DNA from: Stegostoma tigrinum
Lineage: Eukaryota
Assembly (NCBI RefSeq): GCF_030684315.1
Contig: NC_081371.1
Span: 41,670,390-41,734,389, forward strand
Direction of reading: 5' to 3'
DNA length: 64,000 nucleotides
Part shown: piece after piece, positions 24,471 to 36,410 of the stretch
Layout of the letters: each line of letters starts with the position of its first letter
How positions within the stretch are numbered: the stretch's first letter is position 1
Position numbers and translations under genes: made by a program
Notes under the pieces: generated by a model
Database searches by the model: none
Told to the model about the DNA's origin: nothing
Seen by the model: only the letters and a program-made list of their open reading frames with translations

Positions 24471-26231
24471 ATGGGGCTTTGAAATGTTGCCAGTCCATCA
24501 ATGAGATGGGTGCCTGTCCCTGCATGCTAAATGTCCTGCCAGTAGGGTTGCAATGAAGGGAGTCAGTGCTCCAAAGTGGTTCAGCACTTAGTTGGAAAAT
24601 GGGATGTCTTTTATTCTCAATGCTGATAATCATGTTCCTGCCAATCTCACTCTACTATCTCAACATTCTTGCCAATGTACACTTTGTTCAATGGCTGGTA
24701 AGATTTGCATCCCCCTACCCCCAGATTAGAGAGACTCTTCACTGACAATCCTGCAAAATGCTTGAGCAGTTGTTAGAGAGGGTGAATCCTTCATCACTGA
24801 CTACAAAAGTTCAGGTCAATTGTATCTTTTTATCCATGATGTATTAAGCATTTTCATCCCCACTCTTTCCACACGTTTATCTTCATATATTTTTACATCA
24901 GCTGTCTCAGTTCCTTACTTCAGTGTAAAGCGATTGACATAGACTGTGACAATAAATATAACTTCTGTTTACTTGATGAAAAACTCTTCTTTTTTTAATC
25001 AGTAAACTATTGCCTAACTTATTATATTTTTAGATAATTGGAAATTAAGTATTTATTATTCACATTTTGCATTAACTCTGTCTTATAATGGCAGCAACTG
25101 ACTGGAATACAAATGGAATAGAGTGAACAGAGGTGTCAGTCAGTATTGTTAATGTGCTAGGTATGTAAGTGTTTTGTCATGTTCATCCTTATTATTTCAA
25201 CGCTTTTCTGAATAATCCTCCATTGATCACTGTACATGAACTTCCACTCATTGAAAACACATCTGCCCATGCCCCATCCTACATCTCTCCTGACCCCTCT
25301 CCCATGGATTATTGCCCTTTCCTCTTTGTTTCTCTTCTTGGCTTCTATTCCGGAGATCAGCCTTTATATATTGTGGCACTAGACATTCCTAGAAGTTATA
25401 TCCATCTCCGGCCATTTCCCCGGGGTTCCTGCCAATCTCTCACCGATATCGTGTGAGGCTAATGGAATCCTGAGAACATTTCAGGACTTTAAAATAGACA
25501 TTTGCACCGGCAAAGCAATTCCATCTCCTGGGTGATCAGCAAGCTGCATTCTACCCAGCTGTCAATGTGTCAGAAAAATATCAAGGACCTGACAAATGGT
25601 CTAATGGTGATGTAAACAGAACAGGACTGTGCAAAAGGCAGCTTCAAGATCCTGTTTTAAGAATAGAATTGCATTTGCTTTTAGTGAAACTGACTTAGAA
25701 ATAATTAAGAAATCTAAATACTGTTTTCCAATGTAGGGCAGCTGTTTGCAAATGCATTCACGTTTTATTTTACCTAGGTAGAAATAAACTTGTCATCATA
25801 TCTATCACATTATTTTCAAAATGCAGACACTATTGCTCAAATGGCAAAATTGCCTGATTTGCATTAGAAATAAAGGCAAGTTTAAAAGCACTCACCGATA
25901 ATAAGGAGTAAATTGAGCACCAACTTTGGCATTGCAGTTAAACTTGGAAATCCAAACATTAATATCTGAGTGTTCCTGCTCTTTACAAGCTTCATTACAT
26001 GTATATCTTGCTGATGGATTTGGCATTAAAATCGGTGAAAATGAATATTTAACAGCTGTTCGCATGTAAACCTTTTGACCCTGAAAATTTACAGCATAGA
26101 GTTTTATTCCTTTATAATTTAATTATTGTTATACATTTTTAAAAATTGCACTATAAAAATAAAATACTTTCTGGTTTCCTTCTGTATCTTATTTCTCTTA
26201 ATTTAATTTTTCTTTGTCTATTGTCCTTTCA

Positions 26232-26870
26232 CTGAATCATTGAATCACAGAATTGTTGAAGTGCAAAATGAAGCAATTGGGACCTTTGTATCTACACCAG
26301 CTCTGAATGAATATTATGACTTGGACAAAACCTCCTGTTTTTTTTTATCCATAACCCTGCACATTGTTTCCATACAATTCGTCATCTAATGTCTTCAAGA
26401 ATGCCTTGTTTGAACCTACTTCGACCATATAGCCACATAGTGAATTCCAGACCCTAACTACTCAAATTGCATTTGCTTCTTTCACAAATTACTTTAAATT
26501 TGAACCCTCTCATTCTCGATTGTTTTAAGAATAGGAACAATTACTCCTTATGTACTCTGTCTACACCCATCATGATTTTGAAACCTTCTGTCAAATCCCT
26601 GCTAGACTACAAAGAAAACAATCCCAACTTTTCCAATTTATCTTCATAACTGAAGTTTCTCATCCAGGGAACTATTCTTATAAATTTCTTTGGCATTGTC
26701 CCCAGTTTATTTACAATCTTCTGAATTGTGGTGCTTAGAACTATGCAGAATACACTATTTCTATCTAGGAGTTTATACAAAGTCAGCATGGCCTTTTTCT
26801 TTTGTCCTCTATGCCTTTATCAATAAATCCCAGGATACTGTATGCTTTATTAATTTCTCTTACCAGCTCA
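26232..26870 (-). mobile_element. Old CR1 LINE 3' fragment
   Basis: ORF 26607-26789 has KKFIRIVPWMRNFSYEDKLEKLGLFSL. gaatcattgaatcacagaat tail at the left end. Confidence 0.7.
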
Positions 26871-27037
26871 ACATTTTACACGGTTCTCCATATACTTTAC
26901 AATGCTTTCAAGGTTTATATCATAAAAACTGTGTATTTTTGTTTTGTGCTTTTAAAAACTGTGAACTGAAATGTGAAAGAACCATTTCAAATCCAAGAAT
27001 CTACAAAAATGGATGCATGTTTTGAAACTAAGGAATT

Positions 27038-27860
27038 TGTCACCGTTTGTGAACCCTGTTTTGTGTAGCTGTGGGATCAAGAAATGTACAGATGACCTGG
27101 AGCTGAGAGGGGAGGGTGTGTTAATGAGTGAAGCTGATTGGTTTGTGTACTTGGGCCCAAATATCAATGACAAAGGTCATTGTCCTGCCAACAAGATGAT
27201 TGGTTATTAGTTAGCAGAACAGCTTTAGTACTGAGAAAGACAGAGAGAAGCTAGCTCAGACTGGAAGAGACCCTCAACAGTAGAAAAACACTCTGTCTCA
27301 GTTCTCTGTAGTAAGTCACATTAATCCTGAGGCAAGCCAACTTATCCTTCCTTTAACAGATGCTGCAAGTTGTAATTGTGTGTTGGAAAATCACAGACCT
27401 GTCATAAGTGAAACAGCCACTGTGCACCTTTGGAAGCATTTGGAAAAAGAAAGGCCAAGAAGAAACTTTTGGATCAGCAAGAACTGTTTTCCCAGCTTTC
27501 TCTCTGCATGCGTTTTTATTTCCTGTTTANNNNNNNNNNNNNNNNNNNNNNNNNNNNNNNNNNNNNNNNNNNNNNNNNNNNNNNNNNNNNNNNNNNNNNN
27601 NNNNNNNNNNNNNNNNNNNNNNNNNNNNNNNNNNNNNNNNNNNNNNNNNNNNNNNNNNNNNTAGTTTGTAGAGTTTAATTCAATCTGATTAATTTATAGC
27701 TCAAATCTAATTGCCTGAAATAAATAACCAGAACCTGGAACTGAAATCAGGCATTTTCGGGATTTTGTACACTTCTTTTAAAAACTTTAACTGTTGTGAT
27801 GACTCCAGGTATGGGAGAGGGGCTTGATTTCTACCCTGCTACATCCAGTCAGAAGCGACA
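27038..27860 (+). mobile_element. Possible solo LTR spanning the assembly gap
   Basis: Candidate termini TGTCACC...GCGACA, AATAAA near 27719, LTR-like composition. No clean TSD. Confidence 0.3.
27530..27661. other. Assembly gap (132 N)
   Basis: Run of N. Confidence 1.
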
Positions 27861-30244
27861 GTTTGCAAACTTTAAAATTGCCTCCTATGCCCAATGTTTA
27901 GGTCATTAATGTAAGCTGGAAAAAGCAAGATTCACAATACTAACTCCTGAGGATCTCCATTACAAACCTTCCCCCAGCCTTAAAAATATCATTTAGTTAT
28001 GACTCTATTTCTTATCATTCATCCAGTTTTGTACCCACATTGCTATTGCCCCTGTTGTTCCATGGTTTGTGTACACAATTTTATAAGGTAGATTGAATTC
28101 AAGTTTATATTTCCTGATTTTGAACTTATGCGTCTTGGTGAGGATTCTTCAATCTGATTGTTTGAAAAGATTGGTTATTGTTGATTGCCTCAGGTACACA
28201 CACCACAGATTCCCATTGAATTATGTTGCTGTTCAAAAGCTTCACCAAGTCCGAGGACAGCTGTAAGAAAATCAAAAATTACAGTGAACAAGCTTATAAT
28301 TATGGACTTGAGTTATTTGTTGGGTGAAACTGTTATGTTGAATATCTTCATAAAAAAGAAAGTTGCTGATGAAAAGCAATATATAGATTGTGACCGGCTT
28401 TGTTCCATGGAAGTAATGATATGGGATTGTGCACATGTTTCATGGAGAACGTTGTCCCCACAATCTTCACACACTCAATAGAAGGGAATACTGAAGGAAC
28501 AACCGTTTATTTGGAATCACGCTGTTTAATGTTTACAATAATGTAATACCTTTGGGCTAATTAAAAGCTTAGATTATGTAAAAATCTTGGCTGACTATGT
28601 GCTGGATAATGGATAAATGATTAAAAGGTTAGTGTTTGTATAGAAGGGAATGTGGACATAAAACACATAATCTAACACTTAATTGATAATTGCTGATATT
28701 ATGTGTGGAAGAAAACAGGTTTTTTTTTAATTGGAAATGTTGGTTGGCAACATTTCCCCTAAGACAAATGTGCAGCAACTCAACCGTTTTGAAGACCAAA
28801 AGGAAGAAAAAAACTGGAATGGAGTCAAATTATATGTTTTAAAACTACAGGATGCATTTTGCTCTTTGCATTAAATGAAGGAAAATAGCTTTTATTAAAC
28901 TAGACAGGTTTACAATCACAGGGTTTTTCTATCATTTTGTGCATTTAGGAAAATTACTGAGTAGAATTTAAGCATTTAACAATGACACATTGGAATGAAG
29001 TGTGCTACAAAACTAAAACATAATACTTTGAGCTGGGAAATTATGATTTAAACGGAGGGGACCAAAGCAATCGTTTCCTCTCTTTCAAGTCGGAAGGGAT
29101 CAAAGCTATTATAATCTTCCTTTCAAAGCAGAATTTCTTTTTCAGTGTAAAGTATTATCAGCTTCATAGGGTCTAAATTATCGCAGCATGAAACAGACAT
29201 TCGGTCCCATTCCGGGGTTGTAAAATATAAACTGCTCAGAAAATGCTTAAAATAACCACAAGTTATTTGATAAAATTGTACTTTGTAATTGCTTCCATAA
29301 GCAAACTTCCTGATAAATAACCATTTTTTATTACTGTTCAACACAGCCACATCTTTAAGCTATAGGAAGCACAATTAAATAGAAGGTGCTTCGCAGGATT
29401 AAAGAGCTTGTTTAGCCAGGAAAACCAAGATCAACAAACACACAAACATGCAGCAACCCAGGTACAGACATACACACAAAAACAGTTTCCTTTGTCAGGG
29501 ACTTCTAATTTACAAAAGTTGCATTTGAATGAACAGAGACCTCTTTTTTTAATGAGATTTTGTTATTTCTTCTTTCCTGAATATTAAAAATCAACAATCA
29601 AAATCAACAGCTGGTTATGATTTTCTGAACAACAATTCATACCTCAAAGGACAGAACACCACTCACAGATCATCTGTAGTAATGCTGCTTGCACATTCTA
29701 GGCACATCTAAGTTGCAATTGAAAGCATCTAAATTGAAAATATTCATCCAGTAGGTCATTATGCAGGAAAGAATTGAACTTTGCTGTCTACTTTGCATCT
29801 ACTTCTGAAAGCTGGTGCACTGTGCTGGAATTTGACTCTGAAGAAAATAAATTATATCTTTTGTTCTGCCAATTATTACTTAAAAGGAGAAGAAAATGAA
29901 CCCTGGGAATAATGAGCATATGTTTATTATTGATTTTAGGAAAGCTGTTGCGAAGCATTATGTGGAATTTACGATCACTGCGAGGGTTATAAAGTCGTAT
30001 GGACCCCTGTTTTCAGTGCCACTCCAGCAACACACATCAAATCATTTGGGTCGGATTAATATCTTAAATTGTTCTGCAGCCGTCATACCATGTAACAGTT
30101 AGTTGTTTGTACAGAACTTGAATATTGCTGAAAAAAATATACATTTTCTCAAATGCTTTCATTTTACACACCTCAGGATTGTCTGCAAGAATACTAATTC
30201 AAAGGCAAAGTAGCATTAAAACTGCTTGAGAGGAGGACACTGAG

Positions 30245-30610
30245 TGGATGGCAAAATGACTCAGGTTAAATTGCCACGGACAATATGGAGTAACAGCTAA
30301 CATCCAACCTTTGTTTAAATTTAAGGCTGATTCTAATTGATCAGGGCATTCCTCTGAGAAATGAACCAGTAAATGGCTGTCACCAATTTTGTTGAGTTGA
30401 AACAGATGTGATGCCTGCGCAGGTTCTTGCAGTTGTCAAACACCAGGGCTTTATGCAATAATGTATGTAGCTTCCAATGCACACAAGTGCACTACACTGT
30501 GAGCTGGACTGACATTCCTAAACTGGTTCAGTATAATCCTTGGCACCTTCAAGACAATTCGGCAAATGCGGTCCTGCAACATTTCATCTAGTGGTGGACA
30601 CTGCGCTGTT
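30245..30610 (-). mobile_element. Penelope-like element family C, 3' portion
   Basis: ORF 30451-30762 ends NQFRNVSPAHSVVHLCALEATYI (GIY-YIG C-terminus). Reverse complement is similar to 31150-31350. Confidence 0.6.
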
Positions 30611-30719
30611 AGATGTTGCAAACATATGCCAAAGTCAGACGTGTCAATGCCAATCCATTGGATAATGACTACCCTGATTGGAACATTTCTGATTGTATAG
30701 TGTGCAAACCCATGAAAGG

Positions 30720-31545
30720 CCGTAAGCTTGTCAGTCTTGGTCCTGAAAGGCACATAGTACAACTCAGATTACCGCAACACATAAAGCAATACTATTTCAT
30801 GCTGCTACTGTGCAGTAGCAACCCTAGTAGTGTTGGCACTAATAGGATGCTGCCATCAAGCCAACAAAATGTTCTGCATATCACACAACTTAGTAATGTG
30901 GTATATAAATTTCAGTACCAGTGTGTTGCCAGGTATGCAGAGCCATATATCCTAAGAACTGGAAGATCATATCAAATCCATACTCTTGTGGTTGTTCATG
31001 ATAAGTAAGTTATTGATTGAACCCAAGCGGACCTTACTTGCAAAGCTAGCAACAATTTCCAATGTTAGACATGGTTCTGTAAAAAGCCAAAGTTTGCTGG
31101 ATAACCCAGAAAATATGAAAATTAGGTGAAAACCAGTTAGGATGGTCATTTAAGCTCATAGTGCACTTGCATGGATTAGAAATTGGGTATATTGATACAG
31201 AGGGCCCTGTTCTATGCAGAAAAAAAGAATTTGTGCTTACACTACATTTGTTGAAACTCACCTGCTAACTTGGTCATTTCTCAGGACACTGTCCGAACCA
31301 ATCAGTCAACTTGCCTACTTTAAAATTTGTACAAAGCTTAGCAATTAACTATCAGTCAGCATTAACGAGCACATCCTCCATGGCAACTTCTCAATGAATC
31401 AGAGTTCCATTGCCAAGCCAATCAACATTCTCATCTTGTGCAATATAAATGTTGATTTTTCCTCAAAATTGCATCTTACTGAATTGTTCTAATTTTGAAT
31501 GCAAGATGAAAAGCTTTGATGTAATGTTTCTTTTTCAGCAATATT
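30720..31545 (+). mobile_element. Penelope-like element family C: GIY-YIG region and 3' repeat
   Basis: ORF 30613-31008 has VLHITQLSNVVYKFQYQCVARY (GIY-YIG N-terminal motif). Ends with decayed tgaatgcaagatgaaaagctttga. Confidence 0.7.
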
Positions 31546-31929
31546 GTATAATATTCAGTGTGCCAATACTAGTTGACTGGCGGAACATGTAATAAAGAGG
31601 CTTAAATAATGTGCTGCCCTGTCAGAACTTAAAGATAGCCCAGGATTCTTAAGAGGAATGCATACTTTGTCTCCAAGTAACCAGACGTTCTCTAAACAAT
31701 TTAACGTGTTGAATGTCCAGGAGGAAGCTTCAGTTTCCTCCTCACCCTACTCCCATCTCTACTGTGGTGAAGAATGTGGACCAGTAGCACTGGAGTGGGA
31801 TATCTAAGGTTTGGAGGACAGGCCTTAGCCCTATTCCTCTCAGCTGGAATAAATGTCAATGACAGATTCATCAATATTCAGTGTCAGTGCACCTTTGTTT
31901 ATATCTGTGTATATATCTCCACACAGTTT

Positions 31930-32270
31930 AGCAATAGGGTGAATGGAGATTTATTGGTGGTGTTCAAAATTCTAGAAGGTTTTGTGAAGTAATTAAGGAA
32001 ATCTATCTGCACTGGTCAATGAGATGTCATTGGAAGGAATGAATTTCAAATCAAAAGAATGCAGAAAGAGTTTAAGGGAAATATTTAATGCAGTTGTTAG
32101 GACATGGAATACTTTACCAGGAAGCATTTTGGGCATTGAATCTATAACGATGTTTAAAGAGAAAATAGGTAAGCAATGAGAAAATAATTGTTCAAAATAT
32201 CCTGGAAAAAAGAATGCAGTATGTGTAATGAACCATTTAGCTCTATTCTATGTGTAAAAGTTTGATTCTG
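31930..32270 (+). mobile_element. Very old CR1 3' fragment
   Basis: GDLLVVFKILEGF and gttgttaggacatggaat motifs. Confidence 0.5.
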
Positions 32271-33165
32271 AACAGTAACATCCTAAAAGAAAATGTCCAC
32301 TATCAATAAATTCTTCACATGCATTGATATTTTCTAATCAACCTATTCAGGGATGTTATGACAGAGCAGATAGGTCTTTGACCCAGGCCCGCTGGCTCAG
32401 AGGTAGGAACATTACCACTTTGGTACCATTACATGAAACTGTGATGATTTCTGACCCAGAAGCAACACAGTAAAGAAACATATAATTTCTTTTAAAGTGT
32501 GCAGAAGCTGCTTTTGTGCTTAAGTATGTTTGAAACTGTTTTTAAGAGTTTGCACCATCATAAAGGGATCAATAGTAATCTTAAACAGGAAGAAATATTA
32601 GTTCATACAAACTAGCAAGTTTGACCTGGAGGCAATGCACATATGAAGGAAGTTAACATGTGAAAGCTGTGCGGCCGGCAGACATTCCAAAGACCTGCAA
32701 ATAAAGGACAACATCAGCGGGAGCATTAAAAAGGTGACACACATACAAGGTAACATGTGTGTAATACTTAAGAGATTGAAAGCTGTTTAGAACGGAAATT
32801 ATATACTTCAATTTTACCAGAGCTTGTCAAACCATTTAACAAGATTTTTGAAAGTGACAGTGAAGGAGTCTTTGGGGATTTTATGTCGTCAAGACAGTCA
32901 CGAACCTTGTTAAGAAGGCTTTGCACGATGGTGTCAGTTGATTAATGACCAATCTCTGGGGAATTTGGATGGAGTGCAGCTACTGTTATAGATGACATGA
33001 GAATCAAACCCATTGACCGAGAAATGTTATGTTCCAAGACCAAGTTGGAAAGACTGTAATTGCACATGATGCAATATTCGTGTGAGTTGTGGTGTGAATA
33101 TTTGTGATTGTATAAAACATATCTTTATTGTACTGACTGCTTAAAGGAAACTCACCTTTCTAGTT

Positions 33166-33378
33166 AACAATGTGTGAAGCTGGATGAACACTGCAGGCCA
33201 AGCAACATCTCAGGAGCACAAAAGCTGACATTTCGGGCCTAGACCCTTCATCAGATAGGCCCGAAACATCGGCTTTTGTGCTCCTGAGATGCTGCTTGGC
33301 CTGCTGTGTTCATCCAGCTTCACACTTTGTTATCTTGGATTCTCCAGCATCTGCAGTTCCCATTATCTCTGATACAAT
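33166..33378. mobile_element. Fold-back (palindromic) pLTR-only Penelope insertion, family A
   Basis: 33165-33241 is the reverse complement of 33256-33332 (14-nt loop). Perfect 14-bp TSD tcacctttctagtt at 33152-33165 and 33379-33392. Confidence 0.9.
33227..33254 (-). ncRNA. Minimal type I hammerhead-ribozyme-like motif (best-preserved copy)
   Basis: CUGAUGA-A-GGG ucuagg CCC-GAAA-U-GUC. Conserved core boxes and GUC triplet are present; stems I and III are minimal. Confidence 0.65.
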
Positions 33379-33819
33379 TCACCTTTCTAGTTGATGTATC
33401 AACTGGCACTTATTCATTCATAATTTGCAATAGTTCTAATTGATGTTAAAATAGAAGCTATAAAAACTGGAATCTTGTTGGGAATTTCTTCATTCAGCAG
33501 TTATTCAGTAAATTTTGTTGTTCTGATTTACAGTTGCCCCACAGAGCTTGTAAGAGAGCAGGTTTCAGGTGACAGTAAACCTTGAAATCAATGAAGAATT
33601 GGTTGTAAAAAATATAATCTCCTTTCAGATGAGGTACTTGGATGACTGGCTTCTTATACCCACATTAATCTTACAATCTTGTGTTTTTTTTTACGTTTCT
33701 TTTATAAATCATCAACTTTGAAATTGCGCAGAGCTAACATCCATGTTTAAGCATTATATGTACCTATATGTGATTTAGTAACAGTTATTTTAAGTGCATT
33801 ATCCTCCTTGATTAACATT

Positions 33820-33995
33820 GCCAGTGGAGGTGGTGGAAGCAGGCACATTAGTTTAACGCATATCTTGATAGACATTTGAATGAGAGGTGAACAACAAGAT
33901 AAAAACCATGCAAAGGCAATAAACAAGGATTAAAATTGGTGCAGGCTTGATGGTCCGAAGATCCTGTTCCTGAACTGTATTGATTTGTATTGTAC
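33820..33995 (+). mobile_element. CR1 3' end fragment
   Basis: ttgccagtggaggtggtggaagcagg...ggtccgaagatcctgttcctgaactgtat matches the CR1 termini elsewhere in the window. Confidence 0.6.
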
Positions 33996-35559
33996 TGGTA
34001 ACGAAAGAATCGCTCATATGTTAAATATTCTGTCCCATCTTTTATCTCACAAAATTTCAAAGCCATTCTCATTCAATGCTTTTCATCTGATATCAGTTTG
34101 CTTTATTTTGTCTGCAATGTTTTATATGTGTTTCCATGTTACTGTTGCCAAGCAATGTTTTTATTTTGGTAAGTGGCCTGAAGCCCTTCTATTATCTTTG
34201 AAGCTATGTGTCAAAGTTTTACCTGCTAGTAGTTTGTCTCTGGCATTGAATGTCATCTACTTTATCTCCATTTGCTATGATTCTCTAACCTCCATGATTA
34301 TAACACTAACCTGGCCCTCAGCGAAAGCTCAACCTTTGTTAGTCTCCACAATTATTGTAACCAAAATGAAGCATGTGTTCTCATCAATTATTTATTCCTA
34401 GAAACCTCTGGAAATGGAGTTTCAATTTCCACTGTAAGATCTTTCCAATTCAATTTGAATCCTTTCAAGCTTGTCTATATTTCCTTCACTGAAGCAAATC
34501 TTCAATAAGCTTTCACTTAATGCTGCTGGTATTCATTGGTTCTCTAGGTAGTTGCAATAATGAGCACTTCACATAAACTCTTTTTAATCAAAATTTTCTG
34601 TTCTACTCCATGCTCAACAATTCATGTTTAATGCGTATTTGTAGCTTTGTAATATGCCTTCAGTTTGACTTCAGTCCAGTCAGATTGGCACTGCTGCAGC
34701 CAAAATTCACTTGCTACAAACTCTTGGGAGCTAAAAGAAAGCAATTCTTATCAGAAACTCATCAGCTTCAAGATGTGTTCGGCTGATCAAGGTTTATAAC
34801 AGCTTTACTGATTATACAGCACTTCCAGCCAGGATCAGAAAAATATTTGTTCAGAAGAGATGTTTGTAATAAATTAGTGTAACAAGGCTTTAGCATATTT
34901 CCCTATTTGCACAGTTAATAACTGCCAAGTTGGTGTAGCATTTGGGCTTGAAGAAAACTTTAAGCAGATGAGATGTAATTAATCTTTTGATGTAATTCAA
35001 ATTGCAATACCAGAAAGAGCCAGAAAAATTAGAACATTTTTTAGATTTTCATCTTGACGGGATACCTTGAGATGTAAAAAGGCAACTTAATGATTACGTT
35101 TGCAGAGGTAAGAGGCAAATTATTTTCTTCAACAATCAACACCGAATATGATATTTACCGATATATTAGAATCCAGAATTATCCAGTAAGCGTCGCATTT
35201 AGTCTACAAATAGAAGGATCTAAACTGTCATTACTCAGACACAGTAAAATTCATAAGAATGTCCTAGCTTTGACAGAATTATAATTTTTCTTCAGTATTT
35301 ACTCAGATATCGCTTTGATCCCTTTCCATGGATAATAATTTAATTATTGTTGTTGTGCAATTTAGCTTTGCTGCCAAGATGCCTTGATCCCAGCTTTAGC
35401 TCCAGAACACAGAACAGAAATTCCACAAAAATATACAAAATGACAGAGGCAGACAATGCTGTTTATCATTTAGATCAAAGTTTACATAATGTGGTGTGCC
35501 ATATTAAGTCATAATAATTGCAGCCACAGAAATAACAGCAATCAGTCATTTGGGGTTCA

Positions 35560-35890
35560 AATTGTACCATTCCAGCTTCTGAGTCAGAATGGATTCAAGG
35601 CATTCTCTGGGACTTCAGCAGAGAAAATCAAGACTGGCACTGCAGTGAAGTGCTGAAATAGTGCTACAGTTAATGATTCTGTCATTTGGTTGGCAGATTA
35701 AATAGAGGCACTGCTTACAGCCTTCTAAGATGGAAGTAAAAGATCCTCAGCACTATTTCGAAAACCGCAGGGGACTTATCCCCACTGTGCTGGCCAATGT
35801 TTATTTCTAAATAGACATCACATAAACAGATTGTTTGGTAATTGATACATTGCTGTTTGTGGAAGCTTGATATATGTAAATTGGCAATCT
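35560..35890 (+). mobile_element. Deu-domain SINE (SacSINE1/AmnSINE1-like)
   Basis: gtaaaagatcctcagcactatttcgaa...gtgctggccaatgtttat...aaacagattg...acattgctgtttgtggaagcttg matches my recollection of the Deu core. Confidence 0.7.
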
Positions 35891-36169
35891 AGTTGACTCT
35901 TGCTAGCTATTCAGTTCAAGAGTCATCAGCGATGAGCAACAAATGTTGTTTAGCTGGTGTTGGTCACATACAGCGAAAGGTTGAGAAGAGAAATGACATA
36001 ACTGGGCTATTTTTCACATTGGCAAGTAAACATTCTTATTGTGACCATAATAGGACACTTCCCTCGGGAATGGCTGTTCTTCAGCACAATCCTTCAGCCT
36101 GGGTGTTGTCAGAGCCCATTGATATTGCTCTATCAAGTACCTTCTGCCATTTTGTGATGACAAGTGAGG

Positions 36170-36410
36170 GAATTGAATTGGCTGATATCTGGTTACTATG
36201 GTTGTGCAAACTTCAGGAGGAGGGTACAACTCAACACTACTAGACGAAGATCGTTGCAAATTCTTCAGCATTGTCTTTGCTGGGTTCTGCCATTGTTAAG
36301 AATGAGGAAGTTTGTGAAGCCTTCCTCTTCTGCTTATTTGTTTAACGTACACCTTCATTCAAAGCTGGATGTGGGAGCTCTGATCCGATCCATTGGTTGG
36401 ATGATCACTT
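36170..36410 (-). mobile_element. Fragment of the APE-LINE family seen at 16210-16420
   Basis: gaagatcgttgcaaattcttcagc...ctggatgtgg...gatccattggttg is similar to 16223-16400. Confidence 0.55.

Noticed and set aside
21873-24715. Terminal inverted repeats for the Harbinger remnant (gggctcaattttacc / ggtaagatttgcatccc)
   Set aside because: Match is too weak to define element ends.
27380-27678. ORFs containing X runs
   Set aside because: Artefacts of the N gap.
32440-33555. Possible old solo LTR hosting the 33166 palindrome
   Set aside because: TG start and LTR-like composition, but no CA end, TSD or second copy to support it.
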